The notes under the pieces: model-generated
What the model was told of the DNA's origin: nothing
The model's database searches: none
The model's input: the letters and a program-made list of their open reading frames with translations, nothing else
Assembly: GCA_963842525.1 (NCBI GenBank)
Contig: CAWJGT010000025.1
Span: 320,001 to 384,000 of the forward strand
Direction of reading: 5' to 3'
DNA: 64,000 bases
Source of the DNA: an uncultured Holophagales bacterium
GTDB lineage: Bacteria > Acidobacteriota > Thermoanaerobaculia > Multivoradales > UBA5704
In this document: positions 52,267 to 63,929 of the stretch, one piece after another
Numbering within the stretch: the stretch's first letter is position 1
Layout of the letters: the number at the start of each line of letters is the position of its first letter
Position numbers and translations under genes: made by a program

Positions 52267-53358
52267 ATGAAGCCCGTCGAGATCTTCGATTTCCTCTCCC
52301 GCCAGGTGATCGGCCAGGAAGAGTCCCTGCGCTATGTCTCCGTGGCCATCTTCAAGCACCTGCAGGGAGAGAAGTACGGCAACCTCCTGCTGATCGGCAA
52401 CTCCGGCACCGGCAAGACCACGATCATGCGCGGCATCGAGGCCCTCTACCAGACCCACGAGGACTTCCGGGAGCACCGGGTGGTCCTCATCCTGAACGCC
52501 AACACCCTGGCCACGGAAGAGGGGGCGGTGGACACCGGCCGCCTCTTTACGCGCCTGGAGGAGCGAGCCCGGCAGGTGCTGGGCGCCGGCGCCTCGGCCG
52601 AGGAGATCGGCCGCAACATGGAGCGCGCCACCGTCTGCCTGGACGAGATCGACAAGGTCTCCGGCCTGATCGGCGGCAAGCCCTATGTCACCGGCATCAA
52701 CATCCAGCAGTCGCTGCTCACCCTGATGGAAGGGGAACGGGTGCCTTACCGGATCACCGGGATGAAGGACGGCGTCCCCGAGTCCGTCGCCGTCTGGATC
52801 GACACGAGCAAGATGCTCTTCCTCTGCGCCGGGGCGTTCGAGACCCTCTACGACCAGGTCTTCCAGCGGGTCGTCTCGCCCAAGAGCGGCGTCAAGCTCC
52901 CCACGGTGACGACCTACATCAACGGCAAGATCCAGATCCGCGAGTACTTCACCCTGCGCCACCACTTCCGGCAGGAGGACCTCTTCGAGTACGGGATGCA
53001 GCCGCAGTTTCTGTCGCGCTTCGACAACGCGGTGATCCTGGAGGATCTGAACGCCGGCACGCTGTCGCGGATCTTCCGCGAGCCGGAGGAAGGGGTCTTC
53101 CGGACCTCGCAGAACTTCTTCCGCAAGTACGGCATCGAGCTGGATGTCACCGCCGAGGCGATCCAGAAGATCGCCGAAGAGGCGTCCAAGAGCAGCCGCA
53201 TCGGCGCCCGCGCCCTGAAATCGATCTACGGCCGGGTGATCAAGCCGTTCGAGTTCGACCCCTTCTCCCGCGAGGAGGTCCAGAAGAACGGCGGCGAAAC
53301 CTTCAAGCTGGTCATCGACGAGAAGCTCGTCTCCGAGTCGCTCAAGCCGGCGGTGTGA
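52267..53358 (+). CDS. ClpX/HslU-like AAA+ ATPase without the N-terminal Zn-binding domain
   Basis: VIGQE, NLLLIGNSGTGKT, LDEIDK, IQQSLL.LMEG, IDTS.MLFLCAGAF, DLFEYGM.PQFLSRF, GARALKSI. Confidence 0.85.
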   Translation: MKPVEIFDFLSRQVIGQEESLRYVSVAIFKHLQGEKYGNLLLIGNSGTGKTTIMRGIEALYQTHEDFREHRVVLILNANTLATEEGAVDTGRLFTRLEERARQVLGAGASAEEIGRNMERATVCLDEIDKVSGLIGGKPYVTGINIQQSLLTLMEGERVPYRITGMKDGVPESVAVWIDTSKMLFLCAGAFETLYDQVFQRVVSPKSGVKLPTVTTYINGKIQIREYFTLRHHFRQEDLFEYGMQPQFLSRFDNAVILEDLNAGTLSRIFREPEEGVFRTSQNFFRKYGIELDVTAEAIQKIAEEASKSSRIGARALKSIYGRVIKPFEFDPFSREEVQKNGGETFKLVIDEKLVSESLKPAV

Positions 53359-53390
53359 GGGAGTGTCCCAGAGCCCTATGCGGCGAGCCC

Positions 53391-53610
53391 TGGCCCCTCA
53401 CCCCCGGCCCCTCTCCCATCCGCACTCACACCCACCCGGGAGAGGGGAGACGTTGCTCGAAGGATCTGGGGGAAGGCAAGCTCCGCCCACCCAGATTCTT
53501 CGCTGCGCTCAGAATGACAGTCGCGGGCTCGCGCTGACCGCCCCGCCTGCGTCCCCCCTCTCCCGGGGGAAGGGAGTGCGGATGGGAGAGGGGCCGGGGG
53601 TGAGGGGCCA
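53391..53610. repeat. REP doublet (CCCCTCTCCC family) enclosing a partial GTCAT-family element
   Basis: tggcccctcacccccggcccctctcccatccgcactc ... gagtgcggatgggagaggggccgggggtgaggggcca. Internal gaaggatctggg...cccagattcttcgctgcgctcagaatgac. Confidence 0.85.
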
Positions 53611-53652
53611 GAGCTCGCGCAGGACTTTTGAAACGTTCTCCAAGGAGCCTCC

Positions 53653-55707
53653 ATGTCCTCGAAGATCCTCGTTCTCACCCTCCTCTTCACCCTGGCCCCT
53701 CTGGTGGTCGGGATCGTCTCGGCCCAGTCGTCCATCGGGGCCGACACGATCCGGCAGACCGTGGACCGGCTGGTCGCCAAGCATGGCCAGGAGCACGCGG
53801 CCCGCATCCGGCAGGGGGTCGAGCAGGTCGCCCAGCGGTGGTGGGCCGAGGACGGGGATGCCGCGGCGTTCACCGCTTTCTGTGAGGAGAATTTCCTCAC
53901 CGATCCGGCCGAGATCGAAGCCACGTTCGAGCGCCTGCAGACGGTCCTGGAGCAGGCCTTTGGCCGGCTGCACGAGATCCGCCGCGAGGTGACCACCCCG
54001 CTCGACCTCGATACGGGCGAGATCTCCCGCGTCGACCAGCTCCTCGCCAACCTGGAGCTCTCCGCCCATCTGGATGACGACCTTTTCAAGTCCCGGGTGG
54101 CCTTTCTCGCCCTGCTCAACTTCCCGGTGCACACGCTGCACGACCGGCTGGAGAACGGCGAGAAGTGGGACCGCGAGACCTGGGCGCGGTCGCGCATGAT
54201 GGACCGCTTTGCCATCCGGTTGCCGGCCGCGATCTCCCAGGAGGTGACCCAGGCCTACACGGCGGCCGACCAATACATCGCCGCCTACAACATCCGCATG
54301 GACCGGCTGATCGACGAAAAGGGCAAGCGGCTTTTTCCGGAAGGGCTGCGACTCATCACCCACTGGGGGCTGCGCGACGAGCTCGCCTCGCACTATGGGG
54401 GCGGCCCGGAGGGGCTCGCGAAGCAGCAGATGATCCTCGAGGTCATGAAGCGGATCGTCCGCCAGGAGATCCCGCAGGCGGTGATCGACAACGCCGACCT
54501 GCTCTGGAACCCGTACACCAACGAGGTCCGGCCATTGAAGGACGGAGCGAAGACCGCCGCGGACCTCGGCAGGCGCGAGGCAGACGTGCGGTACGCCAAG
54601 CTGCTCGACGTCTTCCGCGCCAACCGCAAGGTCGACCCTTTCTCGCCGACCGAGCCGACCTTCATGGCCCGCCGCTTCGAGCGCGACCGCCAGATTCCCG
54701 AAAAGGAAGCCGAGGCGCTGCTGGTCTCGGTGCTGGAGTCCCAGGAGGTCAAGGACCTGGCGAAGGTGATCGAAAAGCGCCTGGGCCGCAAGCTCGAGCC
54801 GTTCGACATCTGGTACGCGGGCTTCAAGTCCCGCGCCGCCTATAGCGAGGCGGACCTCGACAAGCTCGTGCGCCAGAAGTACCCCACGGTCGAGTCCTTC
54901 CAGGCGGACCTCTCGAACATCCTTCAGAAATTGGGTTTCTCTGTGGACAAGGCGCGCTGGGTTGCCGACCGCGTCGTGGTCGATCCGTCCCGGGGCGCCG
55001 GCCATGCCATGCCCGCGGCGCGCCGCGAGGACAAGGTCCACCTGCGCACCCGCATCGCCAAGGGGGGAATGGACTACAAGGGGTACAACATCGCCATCCA
55101 CGAGTTCGGCCACAACGTCGAGCAGGTCTTCTCGCTCAACGGCATCGACTTCTGGTGGCTGTCCGGGGTGCCCAACAACGCCTTCACCGAGGCGCTCGCC
55201 TTCGTCTTCCAGCACCGGGACCTGGAGCTGCTCGGCCTGAAGCCGCCCGGAGAGGACGCCCGCCATACCGAGACCCTGGGGACGCTCTGGAACACCTATG
55301 AGATCTCCGGCGTCTCGCTGGTCGACATGCGGGTCTGGGACTGGATGTACGAGCATCCGGAGGCCACGCCGGCCGAGCTGCGGGAGGCAACCCTGGCAAT
55401 CGCCCGCGACGTCTGGAACCGGTATTTCGCGCCGGTCTTCGGCGTCCGCGACTCGGAGATCCTGGCGGTCTACTCGCACATGATCGTCTACGGCCTGTAC
55501 CTGCCGGACTACGCCATCGGCCACCTGATCGCGTTCCAGGTGGACGACAAGATGACCCCGCAGAATTTCGGCGCCGAGTTCGAGCGCGTCAGCCGCCAGG
55601 GCAGCCTCACGCCGGACGCCTGGATGCGCGGGGCCGTGGGCAGCCCGATCTCGGCCAAGGCGCTGCTGGAGGCGTCCCGGGAGGCGCTCCAGGCCCTCAC
55701 CCCCTGA
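53653..55707 (+). CDS. Secreted putative zinc metallopeptidase (gluzincin-like)
   Basis: Signal peptide. HEFGH plus downstream AFTEALA third-ligand motif. Confidence 0.65.
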   Translation: MSSKILVLTLLFTLAPLVVGIVSAQSSIGADTIRQTVDRLVAKHGQEHAARIRQGVEQVAQRWWAEDGDAAAFTAFCEENFLTDPAEIEATFERLQTVLEQAFGRLHEIRREVTTPLDLDTGEISRVDQLLANLELSAHLDDDLFKSRVAFLALLNFPVHTLHDRLENGEKWDRETWARSRMMDRFAIRLPAAISQEVTQAYTAADQYIAAYNIRMDRLIDEKGKRLFPEGLRLITHWGLRDELASHYGGGPEGLAKQQMILEVMKRIVRQEIPQAVIDNADLLWNPYTNEVRPLKDGAKTAADLGRREADVRYAKLLDVFRANRKVDPFSPTEPTFMARRFERDRQIPEKEAEALLVSVLESQEVKDLAKVIEKRLGRKLEPFDIWYAGFKSRAAYSEADLDKLVRQKYPTVESFQADLSNILQKLGFSVDKARWVADRVVVDPSRGAGHAMPAARREDKVHLRTRIAKGGMDYKGYNIAIHEFGHNVEQVFSLNGIDFWWLSGVPNNAFTEALAFVFQHRDLELLGLKPPGEDARHTETLGTLWNTYEISGVSLVDMRVWDWMYEHPEATPAELREATLAIARDVWNRYFAPVFGVRDSEILAVYSHMIVYGLYLPDYAIGHLIAFQVDDKMTPQNFGAEFERVSRQGSLTPDAWMRGAVGSPISAKALLEASREALQALTP

Positions 55708-55751
55708 CCCCCTCTCCCATCTCCCTTCCACCCCCCGCCGGGAGAGGGGGA
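55692..55751. repeat. Single REP unit overlapping the stop codon of the peptidase gene
   Basis: ggccctcaccccctgaccccctctcccatc...gggagaggggg. Confidence 0.8.
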
Positions 55752-55779
55752 ACGGTGACCCCAACGCTTTCCCCGGCCC

Positions 55780-56361
55780 GTGCGTTTACCGGTCGTGAGC
55801 GCAAACCTGATGACGAGCGCGATCTTGGACCGGACAACCGAAAGCTCCACCGCGACCGACCGGCTCGCGGACCTTTTCGAAGTCCACCAGCAGCGGCTGT
55901 TCCGGCTGGCCGTGCGGCTGTCGTCCGACCGGGAGGAGGCGCGGGACCTGGTGCAGGAGACCTTCCTGCGCGCCGCCCGCAGCCCCCGGTCGATCCCCGA
56001 GGGGGACTCCCCCGGTGAAGCCTGGCTGGTGCGGACGCTGGTCAACCTCTGCCGCGACCGCTACCGCCGGGTGACCGTCCGGCTGCGTGGCCGCGAGGTC
56101 CTGGAGCGGGACGAGGAGCGCCTCGCCGATCCCGAATCGGCCGAGGTCGCCCGCGCCACCGTGCGCGCCGCGCTGACCCGCCTCTCGCCGCGCCGCCGCG
56201 CCGTCGTCGTCCTCCACGAGCTCGAAGGCAGGCCGGCCCGCGAGGTCGCCCGCCTGCTGGGTATCCGCGAGGTGACCGTCCGCTGGCACCTGCTGGCCGC
56301 GCGGCGCGAGCTCGCCCGCGTGCTGCTCGATCCACCTGCTTCCCGAGGAGCCGAGCCATGA
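55780..56361 (+). CDS. ECF sigma-70 factor
   Basis: EARDLVQETFLRA, AWLVRTLVNLCRD, LSPRRRAVVVLHE.EG...EVARLLG..TVRWHL. The start may be ATG 55810. Confidence 0.9.
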   Translation: MRLPVVSANLMTSAILDRTTESSTATDRLADLFEVHQQRLFRLAVRLSSDREEARDLVQETFLRAARSPRSIPEGDSPGEAWLVRTLVNLCRDRYRRVTVRLRGREVLERDEERLADPESAEVARATVRAALTRLSPRRRAVVVLHELEGRPAREVARLLGIREVTVRWHLLAARRELARVLLDPPASRGAEP

Positions 56362-56918
56362 GCCATCCATCAGACCGCAACGAGCGGCTGCATACCGCGT
56401 TGCGCCGTGGCGATCCCGCCGCCGGCGAGCCCGACCTCGCGCCCGAGGAGGTCCGCGCGATGCGGCGGGCCGTGCTCAGCGCAGTGCCCGAGCCGCGGCG
56501 CAGTATCCGGCTGGTCCCGGCTTTCGCATTCGCGTCGGTCCTGGCCGTGGCCTTCGTCGTCGGCCTTGCGATCTACCGGTCGCTGGGGCCGGGCCCGGTG
56601 CCTCCTGAGCCGCGGATCGCGGACCGTCCGGCCGCGCCGCCGCCCGTTTCAGCTCCGAAGCCTCCGGAGACCTCGGCACCGCCCGAGGCCTCTGTCCGGA
56701 TCGCGACCGCTACGCCACCGGCCCTGGAGCCGGTCCGGCCGCGGCGGCTGCATCGAGCGGTCCGCCGCTTCGATCCGGCTCCCCTGATTCCCTCCGCTCC
56801 CGATCGGCCGGTCGAGGAGAGCCACACGGAGGAGCCCCTGACGCGCCAGGTCCAGTTCGACACCCCCGGCGGCACCCGGATCATCTGGATGCTGACCGAG
56901 GACACCCATTCCCGCTGA
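56358..56918 (+). CDS. Putative membrane anti-sigma factor
   Basis: ATGA-coupled to the ECF gene. Single TM, Pro-rich linker, terminal QVQFDTPGGTRIIW. Confidence 0.65.
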   Translation: MSHPSDRNERLHTALRRGDPAAGEPDLAPEEVRAMRRAVLSAVPEPRRSIRLVPAFAFASVLAVAFVVGLAIYRSLGPGPVPPEPRIADRPAAPPPVSAPKPPETSAPPEASVRIATATPPALEPVRPRRLHRAVRRFDPAPLIPSAPDRPVEESHTEEPLTRQVQFDTPGGTRIIWMLTEDTHSR

Positions 56919-56935
56919 CCGAGGAGAAGAACGTC

Positions 56936-57748
56936 ATGAGACTGCTTTCCCGTTGGATCGCCTTTTTCCTGCTGCTGGCCGGCTCGTCCGGTCCGGCCCT
57001 GGCGCGCGCCCAGGAAGGATTCGGCGAAACCTACACGAGCCGTTACGAGATCCGCTACATGGACCTGCATGCGGCCCAGGCCCTCGCCTGGGAACAGTGC
57101 CCCGCCACGCTCAAGGACCGCTGCCGTGTCAGTGCGCTGGCGCTCGCGAACGACCCGAGCAAGAAGGCCTATCTAGAAGTGTTCGCCGACGCCGCGACGC
57201 ACGAGCGGATCGCGCGGGCGCTGGTGAAGGCGGACGCGTCACCGCGGACCCAGGTGTTCCAGCTCGTCCTGCTGTCCGCCAGCGGCAAGAAGACCGGCGC
57301 GCCGCCCGAGCTGTCGCAGAGCGCGCAGAAGGCCCTTTCGGACCTGCAAGGTTTCCTGCCCTACAAGAGCTACGAGGTGCTCGATACGGCCTGGATCCGC
57401 ACCACCCAGGACGATTGGACCGAAGGCCGCGTCGTCGGTCTCGGCGGCGCTCCCTACATCCTGCAGCTCCTCTTCCGGGTCACGGGGGCCGTCGATGAAG
57501 GGCAGCTCTTCATCGACGGCTTCCGCCTGAGGCAGGAGCCCGGCGTGCCGCAGCCGCCGGCGCCGGCGAAGGAGGGCTCGGGCCAGCCGGCAGCGGCACT
57601 GACGCCCCGCCCGGCCCGCGATCTGGTCTCGACCTCGTTCGGCCTGAAGGTGGGCGAGACCATCGTGGTCGGCTCCTCGAAGGTGGACGGCGCCGAGGAC
57701 GCGCTGGTGATCCTGCTGACCGCGGTGCCGGAGGGCGGACGCTCGTGA
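56936..57748 (+). CDS. Secreted hypothetical protein (secretin N-domain-like features)
   Basis: Signal peptide. YEIRYMD, IARAL..AD, LVSTSF.LK.GETIVVG. Confidence 0.6.
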   Translation: MRLLSRWIAFFLLLAGSSGPALARAQEGFGETYTSRYEIRYMDLHAAQALAWEQCPATLKDRCRVSALALANDPSKKAYLEVFADAATHERIARALVKADASPRTQVFQLVLLSASGKKTGAPPELSQSAQKALSDLQGFLPYKSYEVLDTAWIRTTQDDWTEGRVVGLGGAPYILQLLFRVTGAVDEGQLFIDGFRLRQEPGVPQPPAPAKEGSGQPAAALTPRPARDLVSTSFGLKVGETIVVGSSKVDGAEDALVILLTAVPEGGRS

Positions 57749-59088
57749 GGTCCACCGTCCTCGGCCTCCTGCTCCTCGGCGCGACGGGCGCGGCCCTGTC
57801 CGCCGAGGGGCTCCCCCTCTCTGCTCTCGCTGGACACTGGGAAGGCGCCGCCAGCCGGCTGGGGGCCGTCCAGGTCCTCCAGATCGACCTCCGCGAGGAG
57901 GACGGCCGCCTCGCCGGCACGGTGGACGTGCCGGCCCTCGGCCTTCTCGGGCTGCCCGTGGAGAACGTCCGCTACGAGCCGCCGGCGCTCCGCTTCAAGT
58001 TCATCTACGGCGAGCCGGCGCTGACGGTCGATGCCGACGCGGGAGAGATCACCGGTGTCATCGAAGCCTGGGAGCCGGACGTCCGGCTCCACCTCAAGAA
58101 GATGCCGCCGCCGCCCCCCTCCTTCCGCGAGGAGGAGGTGGCCTTCCGCAGCGGCGGGGTCACCCTGGCCGGCACCCTCCGCCAGCCCCTCACCCCTGGG
58201 CCGCACCCGGCGGTCGTGCTAGTCCACGGCTCGCAGCAGGCCGACCGGTCCAATCCGCGCTACCGTTCGGACGCCATCCTCCTCGCCCGCCACGGCATCG
58301 CGGCCCTGGTCTACGACCGCCGTGGGCTGGGGAGCTCGACGGGCGACGACGAGGCGGCGACCTTCGACGACCTCGCCGCGGATGCGGCTGCGGCCGTGAG
58401 CGCCCTGCGGGCCCGCCGGGACGTGGGGAAGATCGGCCTGATCGGCTACAGCCAGGGAGGGTGGCTCGCGCCGCTCGCCGCGACGAAGACGGACGGCATC
58501 GCTTTCCTCGTCCTGGTCTGCGGCCCGGCCGTAAGCGTGGAGGAGCAGGAGGTCCAGCGCGTGCGCCACACCCTGATGGACGGCGGCGCGTCCGAGGAGG
58601 ACGTGGCCCGGGCGGTCGCCTATACGCGGAAGGTCTTCGATGCGGCCTACCGGGGCGGGAGTTGGGAGGAGCTGGCCGCAGCCACCGAGAAGGCGAAGGG
58701 GGCGCCGTGGGCCGAGACGGCGCAGCTCGTCGCCGCGCCGGCGGACCTGGAGGGCTGGCGCCGCGAGCGATTCGATCCGGAGCCGGTCCTGCGGCGGACG
58801 ACCTTGCCGGTCCTGGCCCTCTTCGGCGGCCAGGACCCCATTGTGCCGCCGTCCGAGAACGCCGAGCTGATGCGGCGCCTCCTCATAGAAGCGGGCAACC
58901 GGGACGTCACCATCGAGGTCTTCCCGCGCGCCCACCACGGCCTCGAGCAGTACGGCGAGCTCCGCCAGGGGAGCTGGAGCTGGCCCACCGGCTACTGGCT
59001 CTGGGGCCGGCGGGCTCCGGGTGCCGACGAGACCCTGCTCGGCTGGATCCGGGAGCGAGCTGCTCCTCGGCACACCTCCGCGCCTTGA
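57745..59088 (+). CDS. Secreted alpha/beta hydrolase (serine peptidase/esterase)
   Basis: PAVVLVHGS, YDRRGLG, GYSQGG nucleophile elbow, FGGQD, FPRAHHG. Confidence 0.88.
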   Translation: MRSTVLGLLLLGATGAALSAEGLPLSALAGHWEGAASRLGAVQVLQIDLREEDGRLAGTVDVPALGLLGLPVENVRYEPPALRFKFIYGEPALTVDADAGEITGVIEAWEPDVRLHLKKMPPPPPSFREEEVAFRSGGVTLAGTLRQPLTPGPHPAVVLVHGSQQADRSNPRYRSDAILLARHGIAALVYDRRGLGSSTGDDEAATFDDLAADAAAAVSALRARRDVGKIGLIGYSQGGWLAPLAATKTDGIAFLVLVCGPAVSVEEQEVQRVRHTLMDGGASEEDVARAVAYTRKVFDAAYRGGSWEELAAATEKAKGAPWAETAQLVAAPADLEGWRRERFDPEPVLRRTTLPVLALFGGQDPIVPPSENAELMRRLLIEAGNRDVTIEVFPRAHHGLEQYGELRQGSWSWPTGYWLWGRRAPGADETLLGWIRERAAPRHTSAP

Positions 59089-59114
59089 CACCCTCGCCGT
59101 CGTCTCCGTAGTCT
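59085..59114 (+). promoter_or_regulatory. Putative sigma70 promoter (TTGACA-N18-TAGTCT)
   Basis: Consensus -35 and a near-consensus -10 upstream of the amidohydrolase gene. Confidence 0.45.
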
Positions 59115-59190
59115 GCCCCTACCTCGAAATCCCGACGCGGCTCTCCTGTGGGATACAGGATTGCCGCGCCGGCTGCGGAGAAAGGACACG

Positions 59191-62655
<3,465 letters not shown>

Positions 62656-62829
62656 CTCCAGCCAGGGGCCGGCGCCGCGCCGGCCCCCTCCCTGCCTGTT
62701 TTGTCAAATCGGGCTCTCCGGGAAAATTCTCGGACGAGTTATGAAAGATTTGGCCTCCGTTTTTCGTCTTTTACAGGCCCATAGAGGGCGTACCTCGCCC
62801 GCCGGATAGACCGGCGGGCCGCGCCTGCT

Positions 62830-63425
62830 ATGGGAGACGAGCGCGTGAGGAGCCACGACCAGCTCACGAAGGACCTCCTACGAGCCTTCTTCGCCGACTT
62901 CCTCGCGCTGACGCTGCCGGATGTCTCGGGGCGCCTGCGGCTGGAGGAGCATGTCTTCGTGGACAAGGAGAGCTTCACCGACTGGCCGACCGGCAGCCGG
63001 CGGGAGCTGGACCTCCTGGCCCGCGTCCCGGTCGAGGGAGAGGAGGACTGAAGGTGGAGTGCCTGCGGCGGATTGCCGGGGGAGACTTGACGCAGCTCCA
63101 GCGCTTTCTGCTGGTCAACTTCGTCGAAACCTATCTACAATTGACGGGGTCGCAGGCCGCGGAATACGCTCGTCTGCGACAGCTTGCCGAAAACCGGGAG
63201 GTGATGACCATGGAGATGACCTGGGCGGAGCAGATGGAAATGCGCGGGATCGAGAAGGGTGTGGAGGCCCTGCGGGAGGTGGTCCTCCGCCAACTTGAGC
63301 AGCGCTTTGGAAGGGTGCCGGGGACGACGAAGCGGAAGATTGGGAAGATCAAGTCCCTCGAGCCGCTCACCGAGATCGCCGAGAAGGTCTTTGTGGTCGA
63401 CTCGATCGACGAGCTCGGCCTGTAG
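62830..63425 (+). pseudogene. Rpn/YhgA-like nuclease gene with internal deletion; C-terminal DUF4351-like part intact
   Basis: N-terminal HDQLTKDLLRAFF.DFL...ELDLLARV stops at 63051 and abuts out of frame ...LKVECLRRI...FVETYLQL...LRQLEQRFG. The catalytic HVExE region is absent. Confidence 0.7.
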
Positions 63426-63439
63426 GTTGGTTGGGGACT

Positions 63440-63462
63440 AAAAAAAGGCCCCTTGCGGGGCC
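63440..63462 (-). terminator. Rho-independent terminator of micropeptide cassette 2
   Basis: GGCCCC-GCAA-GGGGCC-T7 on the minus strand. Confidence 0.85.
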
Positions 63463-63528
63463 AGAAAGAGACGCCGGTCCCCAGGGGCGAGCCGGGTACC
63501 GGTTCAGAAAAACTTCACATTCGCCTTC

Positions 63529-63579
63529 CTACTCGGCCAGGGTCATGCCGCCGGCCTTCACGTTCGCCTTGACTTTCAT
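63529..63579 (-). CDS. 16-aa micropeptide MKVKANVKAGGMTLAE
   Basis: RBS ggagg 5 nt before ATG. Paralogue of 63755..63805 and 63818..63868. Confidence 0.8.
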   Translation of the reverse strand: MKVKANVKAGGMTLAE

Positions 63580-63618
63580 GGTTGCCTCCGCCGTTTGTGT
63601 TGCTGTCCGTTCATTCAC

Positions 63619-63650
63619 TAACGCGTAAAGCGGTGGCCAAAGCGATCACG
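63619..63650 (-). promoter_or_regulatory. Putative ECF-type promoter CGTGATCGCTTT-N12-ACGCGTTA (copy 2)
   Basis: 32-bp element conserved with identical spacing at 63898-63929. Confidence 0.6.
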
Positions 63651-63687
63651 GGGCTTGCGAGGTTTTTGGGCGGGCTTGAAGGGAGGT

Positions 63688-63740
63688 AAAAAGGGTCGAG
63701 GGTCGGCTCCCGCGTCGTCCGCCGCAGGAGCCGACCCTCG
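63688..63740 (-). terminator. Terminator-like hairpin after micropeptide cassette 1
   Basis: 14-bp perfect stem (63697-63710 / 63727-63740) followed by ACCCTTTTT on the minus strand. Confidence 0.7.
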
Positions 63741-63754
63741 GAGGGAGCCTGGAG

Positions 63755-63805
63755 CTAGTCCGACAGCATCATGCCGCCGGCCTTCACATTCGCCTTGATC
63801 CTCAT
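63755..63805 (-). CDS. 16-aa micropeptide MRIKANVKAGGMMLSD
   Basis: RBS gaggggga. Starts 12 nt after the stop of the upstream paralogue. Confidence 0.8.
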   Translation of the reverse strand: MRIKANVKAGGMMLSD

Positions 63806-63817
63806 GATCTTTCCCCC

Positions 63818-63868
63818 TCAGTCGCCGATAAGGACGCCGCCAGCCTTCACGTTCGCCTTGATCTTCAT
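63818..63868 (-). CDS. 16-aa micropeptide MKIKANVKAGGVLIGD
   Basis: RBS aaggag. Synonymous differences among the copies (AAC/AAT, GCT/GCC, AAA/AAG) keep the peptide leader intact. Confidence 0.8.
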   Translation of the reverse strand: MKIKANVKAGGVLIGD

Positions 63869-63897
63869 GCCAGTCTCCTTTTCGCCTGTTCATCCCT

Positions 63898-63929
63898 TAA
63901 CGCGTAGAACCGCGGCGAAAGCGATCACG
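63898..63929 (-). promoter_or_regulatory. Putative ECF-type promoter CGTGATCGCTTT-N12-ACGCGTTA (copy 1)
   Basis: Conserved with 63619-63650; 29 bp upstream of the first micropeptide ATG. Confidence 0.6.

Noticed and set aside
63618-63893. 91-aa minus-strand ORF from the track
   Set aside because: It is a different frame that runs through a terminator. The 16-aa ORFs have the RBSs and the synonymous conservation.
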